From NCBI GenBank assembly GCA_045114455.1, contig JBGUKN010000033.1:10539-74538 (forward strand): DNA of 64,000 nucleotides. Direction: 5' to 3'. The notes beneath the pieces are model-generated. The model was not told the origin of the DNA. It saw only the letters and a program-made list of their open reading frames with translations, and did not search any database. Shown here one piece after another: positions 42,558-52,342 of the stretch. Within the stretch, counting starts at the first letter, position 1; every line of letters begins with the position of its first letter. This DNA comes from Victivallales bacterium. Its GTDB lineage: Bacteria; Verrucomicrobiota; Lentisphaeria; Victivallales; UBA1829. Position numbers and translations under genes: made by a program.

Positions 42558-43439
42558 ATGGAAATGGAATTCACAATGATGAGATCGAAACTTGCCGGTT
42601 CGCTTTTCCTATCATGCATTTTCATCCTGGTCCTGCTGACGGCTGGATGCCGTGTTTCGGAGCAGGAAGGGGATGCGCTTCAGGCGGTTCTGACGCGGGG
42701 CGTCCTGCGCGTCGGCACGACCGGGGACTATTGCCCGATGTCGTACCGGAATCCCGAAACGAACGCTTACGAGGGGTTCGACGCTGCGCTGGCGGAAGAC
42801 CTGGCGGCCAGCCTCGGCGTCGGGATCGAATATATCCCGACCACGTGGCCGACGCTGATGCGGGACACGCTCGACCGCAAATTCGACCTCGCGCTCTGCG
42901 GTATCACCATTACTCCGGCCAGAAAACAGCAGGCGCTGATGTCAGACGGCTATCTGGGAAACGGCAAGACCATCCTCTGCCGTTCGGAGGACGCGGGGAA
43001 ATATACCTCCCTCGCCGCCGTCAACCGCCCCGGCGTGCGCGTCATGGAGAACCCCGGCGGCCTCAACGAGCAGTTCGCCAGGGCGAATCTCCCCGACGCC
43101 GTGCTGACGATCCATCCGGTCAACGAGGAAATCCCCGCCCTGATCGCCGCCGGAAAGGCCGATGTGATGATCACCGAGATCATGGAGGCGGCGTTTTATG
43201 CCGGAAAGGATGCCCGGCTGGCTGCGCCGCTGCTGGACCGGCCGTTCACCCGCGGACAGCTCGGCGCGCTGCTGCCCCCCGGAAACGAGGCTCTGCTGCG
43301 GTATGTCAACGACTTCATTGAGGAAGAACGCCGGAGCGGACGCCTGAACGAATTGGGCGTCCTGTATCTGCACCTCGGCATTCCGGAAAAACAGTCCCCG
43401 CGGAAGGCTCCGCTTCCAGCCATGGATCCGGCGGCATGA
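42558..43439 (+). CDS. pheC: Cyclohexadienyl dehydratase PheC-like lipoprotein (SBP family 3 fold)
   Basis: GVLRVGTTGDY, TTWPTLM, GKTIL, NPGGLNEQF, GKADVMITE; LLTAGC lipobox; start at 42558-42579 uncertain. Confidence 0.7.
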   Translation: MEMEFTMMRSKLAGSLFLSCIFILVLLTAGCRVSEQEGDALQAVLTRGVLRVGTTGDYCPMSYRNPETNAYEGFDAALAEDLAASLGVGIEYIPTTWPTLMRDTLDRKFDLALCGITITPARKQQALMSDGYLGNGKTILCRSEDAGKYTSLAAVNRPGVRVMENPGGLNEQFARANLPDAVLTIHPVNEEIPALIAAGKADVMITEIMEAAFYAGKDARLAAPLLDRPFTRGQLGALLPPGNEALLRYVNDFIEEERRSGRLNELGVLYLHLGIPEKQSPRKAPLPAMDPAA

Positions 43440-43617
43440 CCCCCCTTTCAATGGGATGCCCGGGAGCAGCGGAGTCATTCTGCCTGCTTTCATGATTGGC
43501 CGTCATGGTGTCCATTTTTCGTTTTTCATGGGGAATTTGCGACTTTTTTCGGACTTTTTTCCTTTTGAATTTGACTTCCCGCGAAACGATGCTATATTAA
43601 TTGAACACACTTGATTC

Positions 43618-43694
43618 GGGGTATTAGCTCAGTTGGCTAGAGCGCCTCGCTGGCAGCGAGGAGGTCATGAGTTCGAGTCTCATATACTCCACCA
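43618..43694 (+). tRNA. tRNA-Ala(GGC)
   Basis: GGGGTAT/ATACTCC stem with G3-U70, CCTCG-CTGGCAG-CGAGG arm, CCA; promoter TTGACT…TATATT at 43571-43598. Confidence 0.97.
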
Positions 43695-43705
43695 CCGAAT
43701 TCTCC

Positions 43706-43732
43706 AGCGTCCGAGCTCAGGACGCTTTTTTT
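43706..43732 (+). terminator. tRNA-Ala terminator
   Basis: AGCGTCC-GAGCTCA-GGACGCT plus T run. Confidence 0.8.
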
Positions 43733-44400
43733 CGCCCATTTCACATACAGCCTAAACCCGCTGTTTTCAAGGGGTTTGCGAAGAAAAGAGAGGATTTTCT
43801 TTGAAGCGAATGGTCTCCCCCCTTCCCCCCTGTAGCCCCCCTGTAATCGGCCCAAAACGCCCCTCACTTTCTCCGTTTTCTCTGTTTTTTGGCGGTCTGA
43901 GGAGGACCCGGTCCTCCCCCGCGCTGATATGCGTAGCCTTTCGCATAAACACACTAAAAATATGACTCATACGACACTCACTCGAGACGGTCATGGAGAA
44001 AACAAGCTCAAAAAAATAGCGCATGTGCATACGAGACGCGAGACAAAGTCCTCCATTTTTGGAGGTCATGGGTTTTGAGTGAATAATGCAACCTTATGCT
44101 TTTCAGCGCATAATTCACCTGACCTCCTGTGAGGTGATGTGAGTTCACTGAGAAAACGGAGAAAGGGGTTATGCCCCCTGCGAAAAGCTGTCTGACCTCA
44201 AAAAAATCAAAACATAGGACCTTCGGAGTCCGATATGCCTACCGCTTTTTCCTTGAACTCGGGTCTTGCGTTTTTTTTGTGGAGAAACGGTTTGGACGAC
44301 GAAGAGAGATGGTGAAAAAGGAAGAGAGAAACTTATCTTCAGTCCGAACGCTGATGGTTTCTCTGCCGCGGCATCATGATGTCATGACGGGGCGTGCCGG

Positions 44401-46059
44401 TCACTCCAGGAAGCGATACTGTGAACGCGCATTGGGGTTCACGGCGTTCAGGCGCTCCACGGTTTCCTGATCCAGCGATTTGCAATTGAAAAAGGCGCCA
44501 TCTTCGATGGATTCCAGACTGTCCGGGAATGTAATGTGTTTCAGATTGGAACACCCCCTGAACGTGTCGGAACGGATTTCTTCCACACTCGGGGGGATCG
44601 TGAGCTCGGTCAAGCCGGAGCAGTTCGCAAATGCCCCGTCGCCGATGGACGTGACGATCGGCGGAATTGCGAGCGTGCCTGTCAGCCCCGTGCAGCCGGA
44701 AAAGGCGCCATATTCGATTGTCTGCAGAGAGTCCGGCAATTCCAGGTGCTTCAGACCGGTGCACCCCGAAAACGCCGCCATGCCGATCTCCTCAAGACCA
44801 TCCGGCAGACGGATCTCCGTGATGCCGTCGCAACACCAAAAGGCCTGGTCCCGGATGATCTTCACATCCGGGGCGACAACGTACGGCCCCTCCGGCGGCG
44901 ACACGCAGGAAATGAGTTCGGAACCGTCCTTCGAATAAAGGATTCCGTCCTCGAAGCGGAAGAAGGGGTGATCGTCCGGCACGGTGAGGTCGCAGCGGGT
45001 CCCGCTGAACGTATTGCCGGAGATGTGTTGAAGCCGTTTGCCGATCGTGAGCGGCGGCAGGCTGCGGCAGCCGTAGAACGCACGACTTCCTATGCCTGTC
45101 ACGCTGTCCGGGATGTTGATTTCGGACAGGCTGGCGCAATTCAGGAAGGCTTCCATGCCGATCGTTTCGATTCCATCCGGGAGCGTGACTTTTTTCAAGC
45201 TGGTGCAGTCGGCGAACGTGTACGGCGAGACCTTTGGCGACGGAATGATCGAACCCGCGAACCTCCGGCGTTGTTTTTCCTCCTCGGTCAGATGCTGCGC
45301 CATCCCCGCCGGGAGCCGGATTTCCTCAAGTGCTCCGCAACTATGGAAGGCTCCCTGATCGATCCACTCCACGGACTCGGGAATGTCAATGGTCCGCAGC
45401 GCGGTACAGCCGCTGAAAGCATCGTATCCGATTACTTCCACCCCATCCGGAATCACGACCTCGCACAGTCCGGTGCAGTCTTCGAACATGCAGTCGCCGA
45501 TCCTCTTCACGCTCCCCGGGATCACGACTTTACGCAAACTGCGACATTCCAGAAACACGTTGTCGCCCAACTGTTCCACGGAGCCGGGAATATTGATATC
45601 CGTCAGCTTGCCGCACCTCATGAACGCGGCGTCGCCGATCTTCTTCACGCTGCTCGGGATGGAGACACTGCGGAGGTTGTCGCGGATATCGCTGTCGGTA
45701 AACGATCTAAAGGCGATTTCCTCCGCGCCCTCAGGGATGATGCAGTGCCGGTAGTCCAGGTACGGGATAAGCCAGTCCCAATGCCATTTCCTGATCAGGG
45801 CCGAATCGTAAATGTAGTCCCCAAGAATCGAGCGAGGAGGGGGGATGGACGGCGTGTTGACGAACTTGGTCCCCGCCGGGATCCGGCAAACATACATGTG
45901 CTGCGTGAACGCGTGAAACAGCGCGATGGGCAGGACCACCAACAGGAAGACCAGAATGAACGGCCTGATCCTGTCGGCGAGCGATTCGCGCGGCATGTCG
46001 TCTTTCGCCGGAGCCCCGGCAAGCTCGGTTTGAGTTTTATTCGGATAGGACATAGGCAT
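44401..46059 (-). CDS. BspA-type leucine-rich repeat surface protein with N-terminal TM
   Basis: Repeated IPxSVxxIGxxAFxxCxxL units; start uncertain. Confidence 0.92.
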   Translation of the reverse strand: MPMSYPNKTQTELAGAPAKDDMPRESLADRIRPFILVFLLVVLPIALFHAFTQHMYVCRIPAGTKFVNTPSIPPPRSILGDYIYDSALIRKWHWDWLIPYLDYRHCIIPEGAEEIAFRSFTDSDIRDNLRSVSIPSSVKKIGDAAFMRCGKLTDINIPGSVEQLGDNVFLECRSLRKVVIPGSVKRIGDCMFEDCTGLCEVVIPDGVEVIGYDAFSGCTALRTIDIPESVEWIDQGAFHSCGALEEIRLPAGMAQHLTEEEKQRRRFAGSIIPSPKVSPYTFADCTSLKKVTLPDGIETIGMEAFLNCASLSEINIPDSVTGIGSRAFYGCRSLPPLTIGKRLQHISGNTFSGTRCDLTVPDDHPFFRFEDGILYSKDGSELISCVSPPEGPYVVAPDVKIIRDQAFWCCDGITEIRLPDGLEEIGMAAFSGCTGLKHLELPDSLQTIEYGAFSGCTGLTGTLAIPPIVTSIGDGAFANCSGLTELTIPPSVEEIRSDTFRGCSNLKHITFPDSLESIEDGAFFNCKSLDQETVERLNAVNPNARSQYRFLE

Positions 46060-46214
46060 GAGGATCGTTCTTTCATGCTTGGGGTGGGTGGTTCTTGCAT
46101 GACCGGGAAGAATCCTGAATTCCGGTTCAATTCCATACAATAGCATGAAAACACGGAAAAATCAAGCGAAAGAAACATCAAAAAACGCAGGCCCTTCGGA
46201 GTCCGAAATCCTAC

Positions 46215-47036
46215 TCACGAATGGATTCCGCGCGACTTGCAAATCGCCTCGTATGCGTTGTTGATTTTCTGCATCTGCACTTTTGCATGTTCGATGACGG
46301 AGGCAGACAGGCCTTTTGCCGCAACCTTATCCGGATGAAATTCCTTCGCTTTGGCCCGCCAGCAGCGTTTGAGTTCCTCGTTTGACGCATCTTTCGTGCA
46401 GCCGAGCGTTGCATAGCACTGGTCCAGCGTCATGCCGTCCGCCATGACGTCATCAGCGAAGCGGCTCCGCCCGCCTGCATTGTCTGAATCACGTCCGGAC
46501 GAGGACGCGTTTTCTGCGTTTCCGGAAAATTCGGACGAACTACCAGCAAAGAAATGCTGCAGGAAACCAGGCAGATTCAACTCTGATTCCGCGATTGTCA
46601 GCAGAATGCGTTCATCCTGCGTGAGTGAATGATCCACGATGGCTAGCGCGCAGAGGACTTCCAGCAGAGAACGGCGGGCATCCATGTTTTTAATTCGTGC
46701 CGCGATCCTACGGATTGCCATGGTGAAGTCGTGCACAGTCTGTGTTTTCCCGGCGTTGAATGCCTGTTTCATGCCGGACTTGCTGTCTTGCGGGATGTCC
46801 AGCTCTTTAATTAAATTGGACACCAGTTCAGCTTCGTCCTGCGTCACGCGACCATCGCATTTTGCGAGCTGCCCCAAACAGCGAAAGATATCGCAATACG
46901 TCTCCAGCGGTCGTTTATCCTGATCTGTGTCGGAATTGCCGATTGATGCGCCAATCCATGCACCGATTGCGGCACCCCACCAGCCGCCGAACATTCCTCC
47001 GAGAATGCCGCCGATGATACCTCCACCTATGCCCAT
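46215..47036 (-). CDS. djlA: DnaJ-like co-chaperone DjlA (TM-TerB-J domain)
   Basis: Gly-rich TM, LAKCDGRVTQDE, C-terminal J domain FHPDK. Confidence 0.88.
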   Translation of the reverse strand: MGIGGGIIGGILGGMFGGWWGAAIGAWIGASIGNSDTDQDKRPLETYCDIFRCLGQLAKCDGRVTQDEAELVSNLIKELDIPQDSKSGMKQAFNAGKTQTVHDFTMAIRRIAARIKNMDARRSLLEVLCALAIVDHSLTQDERILLTIAESELNLPGFLQHFFAGSSSEFSGNAENASSSGRDSDNAGGRSRFADDVMADGMTLDQCYATLGCTKDASNEELKRCWRAKAKEFHPDKVAAKGLSASVIEHAKVQMQKINNAYEAICKSRGIHS

Positions 47037-47277
47037 GATCTTCTACCTCCAATTCCGTTCAAAAAAAAGTGAAACATTCCTAATATAACCCTAACATTGC
47101 TAAAAAAGTTCGCTCAACTGAACGGTTCCTGACGAACTCGTTCCGGCAGGACATTTGAAATCAGCTCAAAAAATGGTGTTTCTCCATTTCGGGGGGACGT
47201 TTCCCTTGACAGACAAACGGGAAACAATTCCCCGTGAAGCCTCCCTTTTCTTCACGGAATGATTTTTCTTTCTGAAT

Positions 47278-48435
47278 TTACTTCAGACCTTTCCCTGAGG
47301 TCAGGATTTCAAGCATGGTCTTGTCGGATACTTGTTTTGAATAGGGATTCCAGAATCCAAACCCTGAATCGTAATTCCATGTAGTCCAGCCGATGTCAAA
47401 CTCATCGAACACGGATATCATATCGCGGTACCAATTATAAGCGGGCTCACGCGGAGACGAGGAAATCACACCCCATTCACCGCAGAAGAGGGGCAGACCG
47501 AGTTTCTTTGCCACCGTTACCGCCTGAAGAATCTGTTCTCTCAGCACACTGCGATCCCAGTTCGTTGTAAAAGATCGGAATGTTTCTTTTTGCGCTTCGG
47601 GCAGTTTGTCGAAATCAGCCAGTGCAATCACAATACCGGGATACTGAATCGGACCGTAATACTTGCCCACCGGGTTCCAGCTTGCACGGTAATGCGTTAC
47701 TGCCATCGGCTTATAATAATGGAAGCTGAGCAGAATATTTTTGTCTCCCTTCGGAATCTTCAGGTCTTTGAATGTATCCACATCCTGCCACATATTGGAC
47801 CCGATCACCAGTACGCGTTCGGGTTCCAGCTGACGCAAAGTCTTATGTACTTTCGCGATGAGATCGTTCCATTGTTCCGGATCATCCGCGACCGGTTCAT
47901 TCAGAAATTCGTATGCCACCCAGTCTGTCGAGAATCCTTTCAGCGCCGCGGAAAGCTCTCTCCACAGATTCAGAAGTTGTTCCTGTGATTTTTCTTCTGT
48001 GAAAAGTGTATTCGTATTGTTGCCTTCGATGGATGCATTGAAATAAAAACTGCGGATGATATGCAAATCCACGATAACGCGCAGCTCATGCTTGAGTGCG
48101 AGCTTGATGGACGCATCCAGCAGTTCCCATGCATCCGTCAGTTTGTTCCCGTTGTTGTCCCAGAATTGTTCTTCATCAATCGGGATTCTGACATGGTCAA
48201 ATCCAAATTCTTTCAAGCGGATGAAGTCATCTTCCTTTACTCTGGCTGCACGTGCAGCCCCTCGCACGGGAGTTTGTGAAAACCAGTGGCTGAGGTTTGT
48301 TCCTCGCTTGACTTTGAAGTCGGAAACTCGCACTCTGCTTCCACTGTCTACGGAACTGCATCCTGCCAGAATGAACAGCGCGAATACAGCGAGTCCCCTC
48401 AAAAAACATTTCCAATGCTTCATTGCTTCTTTCAT
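47278..48435 (-). CDS. GH5 glycoside hydrolase lipoprotein
   Basis: RGTNLSHW, HVRIP, DLH, LNEP, FHYY, GEWG; LAGC lipobox; visibly AT-richer. Confidence 0.9.
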   Translation of the reverse strand: MKEAMKHWKCFLRGLAVFALFILAGCSSVDSGSRVRVSDFKVKRGTNLSHWFSQTPVRGAARAARVKEDDFIRLKEFGFDHVRIPIDEEQFWDNNGNKLTDAWELLDASIKLALKHELRVIVDLHIIRSFYFNASIEGNNTNTLFTEEKSQEQLLNLWRELSAALKGFSTDWVAYEFLNEPVADDPEQWNDLIAKVHKTLRQLEPERVLVIGSNMWQDVDTFKDLKIPKGDKNILLSFHYYKPMAVTHYRASWNPVGKYYGPIQYPGIVIALADFDKLPEAQKETFRSFTTNWDRSVLREQILQAVTVAKKLGLPLFCGEWGVISSSPREPAYNWYRDMISVFDEFDIGWTTWNYDSGFGFWNPYSKQVSDKTMLEILTSGKGLK

Positions 48436-48961
48436 ATCAGGCCTTTCTTTGAATGTTGAATACGGAGGGAGTTTTGCGGATTATTCTGAATGATATGAAC
48501 AAATCCTTTTGTTTTGTATAGGCAATATACACCATCCTGAATCGCTTTTCAAATGATTTTTTATGATATTTACCGAAAAGAAATCAGTCATTTTATTGGA
48601 TGGCGTTTTTTATGAAAATCGTTTCTCCTGTCAAGGCTTGACTTCCCACACGCCATTGCGTTTCCCGTTTTTGCGTTCAAGCAGGCCGAGATCACTGGCT
48701 GAGGCGGAAGGCACTCCCGGCATCGGCGTGGTGAAGCTCCATGCCGTCGTGCCGAAGTTCCTTGATGCAATCTCGAAATGGGAGAAAAGCGAGGTCTTTT
48801 AGGGAAGGCAAAAAGAAGGTAGCTGTATTGTGACCACATGTTTCCCTGCAATTCCGGCATTTCCCGCTTGTTTTTTTGCCTGGGATGTGGTATAATAAAC
48901 TGTGTACCTTATCCCTCCATCAGCAACCCCGTGAAAGGGCTGCAAGTATGTCGAACATGAA

Positions 48962-50452
48962 TCAGATGTTGTCCAGGCCGATCGTCTGGTAGATGGAGGT
49001 GTATTTGCGGAAAAGCGCCTGAAGATCGCCGTTCCGGCGTTTTGCGTCGATGACCGTGTCAGCGGCGGTCTTCGCCTCGGTATTGCCCTGACGGAACGCG
49101 AATCCGTATTCCTCCGGGCGAATGACGACCTGCATCAACTTGACCTGGCCTTTGTGTTTATCCATGGCTAACTCAATTTCGCTCTCATCGTCGACGTAGG
49201 CGTCGATCTCGTTGTTGAGCAGGCCCCTGATGCCTTCCTCGGCATTATCGTAGTGGACCGTCTTTTTCGCATGAAGCTTGTTGACGGCATATTCCTCGTT
49301 CGTCGTGCCCTTCTCGGCCCCGATGACCTTGCCTTCCAGATCGGCTGTCCTGCTGAGTTTGGATCTTTCCTTCACAAGGATTTTCCGGGTGGTTTTTTCA
49401 TAGGAATTGGAGAAAAGGATCATCGTGGAGCGTTCCGGCGTGATGGAGATGCCTGACGTTCCCATGTCGGCGGCACCGTTCATCACGAGGGGCAGAATTT
49501 CGGAGAAAGGCACGATCCTGAACTGAACCGGACGTTTGAGTTCCTCGGCGATCGCTTCCGCCATTTCGATATCCACACCGGCCAGGCGGTTCCGGTTCAT
49601 GAACGCAAACGGTGCGAACGAAGGATCGAGGCAGACGACAAACGGCTTGACTCCATTTTCGTCTATCATCGCACCGTAGCCGGGATGCGTCCAGAGTTCC
49701 TCCATATGCTTTTCGCGGCTTTTGTGAAGCTGGCCGGAAGTCTTGAACTTTTCGATCACGGCATTGGCGGATTCCGCGAGTCCGGGATTTCCCTTGTTGA
49801 AAATAAAACCGTACTGCACTTCGCATAATGGTTCCGGGTTGATTCTGAAATCATCCCCGGTTCTCCGGACCAGGATCTCGGCTATAAGGTGATCCATGAC
49901 GGCGGCATCGGCCCTGTGGTCGGAGAGCGAGGCATTGACGTCCTCCTGCGTCAGATAGGGCAGGACGACTCTCGGTTTGATGACATCGCGCAGATATTCC
50001 AAGTCGGTGGTCCCCTCCTGTGCGGCGACACTGACCTCCTTCAACGCGGCTTCGTCCGTGATGTCGGATTCTTTCGGTACGACGGCGACTTGCGTGGAGA
50101 TGTCGTAGACGGTCGAAAAAAGAACACGTTTAGCTCGTTCCGGGGTGATCGTGATCGCGGAGATGCCGATGTCGGCCTCGCCTGAGGAAACGAGCGTGAA
50201 AACATTCTGGAACGGAACAATCTTGTACTGAACCGGACGCCCCAGGGCTTTTCCGATCTCCTCCACCAGGTCAACATCGATGCCGGCAACCGGTGGATCC
50301 ACGTTCGTGTTGAGGTAGTAACAGTATGGCGAGGAGGTTGCTTCGCAGGCGACGATCAAGGGCTTGTCCTTGTCGCTTTTGGAACAGGACATCATGAGGG
50401 TGGAAGTGATACCGACAAACAGAACAGCAAGAAGATAGAAAAGTTTTTTCAT
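48962..50452 (-). CDS. Lipoprotein with two tandem amino-acid-binding SBP family 3 domains
   Basis: Two GxDxD…ISITPER…GTT repeats; start moved to MKKLFY with MSC lipobox. Confidence 0.88.
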   Translation of the reverse strand: MKKLFYLLAVLFVGITSTLMMSCSKSDKDKPLIVACEATSSPYCYYLNTNVDPPVAGIDVDLVEEIGKALGRPVQYKIVPFQNVFTLVSSGEADIGISAITITPERAKRVLFSTVYDISTQVAVVPKESDITDEAALKEVSVAAQEGTTDLEYLRDVIKPRVVLPYLTQEDVNASLSDHRADAAVMDHLIAEILVRRTGDDFRINPEPLCEVQYGFIFNKGNPGLAESANAVIEKFKTSGQLHKSREKHMEELWTHPGYGAMIDENGVKPFVVCLDPSFAPFAFMNRNRLAGVDIEMAEAIAEELKRPVQFRIVPFSEILPLVMNGAADMGTSGISITPERSTMILFSNSYEKTTRKILVKERSKLSRTADLEGKVIGAEKGTTNEEYAVNKLHAKKTVHYDNAEEGIRGLLNNEIDAYVDDESEIELAMDKHKGQVKLMQVVIRPEEYGFAFRQGNTEAKTAADTVIDAKRRNGDLQALFRKYTSIYQTIGLDNI

Positions 50453-51131
50453 GGTGACCTCGTATTGACAGGACACAAAACAGAAATCAATATAAGATAC
50501 ACTCTGTTCGGCAGAATTGCAAGCAAAAAACTGCATAACACCTTCTGTTTCTTTTAAGCTTGAATGATTCATATTCGACAATCTTTGGTTTCGACAGGAA
50601 CTGATCAGGCAATCCATCCCAGGCAAGCACATAACGCTTGTATGCTGATCTGAAACCGTCAGGACATTTTGATGAATCAATACTCCATTTTCGTCCAACA
50701 ATCGTCATAATGCCGGGTTGATTCTTTGTTTGGACACACTATAATCAACCATACTGCCTTCCATTTCCTTGTACATGCTCAAATGACAGAAAAATCAATG
50801 ACTTGTATGCGCAATGTATGAAGTACTGAAAAAGCGCAACCTTGGATAACGAAAAATGCTTTTCCGCGCGACAGCATAAATCAGTCGCAAATCCCTTATT
50901 AATGATCCGTCCTGCTCCGGAATTTGAGAAAAGGGTTCTCAATATGATGGATGCCGGAGCTTGCTGGTCAACACCTCCGGCTCTGCAGGCATTCCCGCCA
51001 TTTCGCGGGAGAAAACCACCGCTCGGGATTTGTTTTTTCGGCGACTTGATGCTATATTATTTGTGACAGAATAAGATGCCGCCGGGTGCGTGAATGCCCT
51101 GACAGTCGGCTAAAAATGGGAGAACAACACA

Positions 51132-51815
51132 ATGGAAAACTCTGGTTTGGAGTGTGGTCGCGGTGTGGATCATGCCGCGGACAAGCCGGAAAACCGGCGC
51201 AAAAACAGCCTGCTTAGCAGACTATTCTCGAACTGTGCTCATCCGCGTGGTGCGATGGGACGCATGATGCTTTCAATGATGAACTGCTGGCATGGCCCGC
51301 TGACGAATTGGGGGCTGGGGTATGTTCCGTTCCAGGACGGATGGACGATCCTCGACGTGGGCTGTGGAGGCGGACAGACCCTTCAGAGGCTTCTCATGCG
51401 CAGCAAGGGCGCGATCGTGTATGGCATCGACATCTCCGACGAGAGCGTGGTGAAAGCGCGCAAGGTGAATGCCAATCTGCTCGACACACGGGTATTCGTA
51501 CAGCAGGGCTCTGCGGCTGAATTACCCTATGCTGACAGTACGTTTGACCTGGTGACGGCGGTAGAGACGGTCTATTTCTGGCCTGAACTGCCTCGTTGCT
51601 TCGAAGAAGTGAAACGGGTGCTGAAACCGGGCAGACTGTTCGCAATCCTCCTTGAGGTAGCATCCGCGGATTGTGCATGGACACGGGTCGTCGATGGCAT
51701 GACGACGTATTCGCCGGAGCAGCTGAAGGAATTTCTGGAGCAAGCGGGCTTTTTCGATGTGGAGATTTATCGCAAGAAGCCTTCCTACGCCACGATCATA
51801 AGCAGACGGCCTTAG
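51132..51815 (+). CDS. Class I SAM-dependent methyltransferase
   Basis: LDVGCGGG, FDLVTAVETVYFWP, RVLKPGG-like. Confidence 0.9.
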   Translation: MENSGLECGRGVDHAADKPENRRKNSLLSRLFSNCAHPRGAMGRMMLSMMNCWHGPLTNWGLGYVPFQDGWTILDVGCGGGQTLQRLLMRSKGAIVYGIDISDESVVKARKVNANLLDTRVFVQQGSAAELPYADSTFDLVTAVETVYFWPELPRCFEEVKRVLKPGRLFAILLEVASADCAWTRVVDGMTTYSPEQLKEFLEQAGFFDVEIYRKKPSYATIISRRP

Positions 51816-51832
51816 TTCAGGAGTTCGAAATC

Positions 51833-52327
51833 ATGCTTCTGACCGTTGTGCTTTCCCTCGTCATGATGGCGTCGCTCTTCCTGATGCTCTATGCCGCCGT
51901 GGCGCTGGTCCAGGACAAGCGGCTGTTCACCTCGGCCCCGAAGGACATTCAGGCGGCCGTTCAGCCGAAAGCGGAACGTTTTCCCGGAGCACACCTTCTG
52001 GGGTGGTGTCTGCTGGTGTTCGCCGTATTCCTGTTTATCGGCACGATCATCTGCGGCGGATGGGACGGTGTGCGGAACGGCTTTTCCTTCCGGCAGTTCT
52101 TCTTCCGGTTCCTATTCATGCTGGTCTCGCTGAAAGCGTTCGACGTGCTGGTTTTCGACTGGTTCCTGCTCTGCCACTCACGGTTCTTTCCGCACTACTA
52201 CCCGGAAGTCTCCGGTTTGGTTGGACCGCACCAGTTCGGTTTCAACTGGCGATCCCATCTGCTGCATCTTCTGGCGTTTCTGCCTGTTTCTGCCGGGATC
52301 GCATGGATGTGCACGTTGTTTTCCTGA
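51833..52327 (+). CDS. Conserved membrane protein
   Basis: 164 aa, 4 TM, APKDIQ and FFPHYYPE motifs; start moved to MLLTVV. Confidence 0.65.
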   Translation: MLLTVVLSLVMMASLFLMLYAAVALVQDKRLFTSAPKDIQAAVQPKAERFPGAHLLGWCLLVFAVFLFIGTIICGGWDGVRNGFSFRQFFFRFLFMLVSLKAFDVLVFDWFLLCHSRFFPHYYPEVSGLVGPHQFGFNWRSHLLHLLAFLPVSAGIAWMCTLFS

Positions 52328-52342
52328 GGAGAAAATGAACTT

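Noticed and set aside
50745-51066. Short ORFs in the AT-rich gap
   Set aside because: No RBS, motif or coding-like composition.
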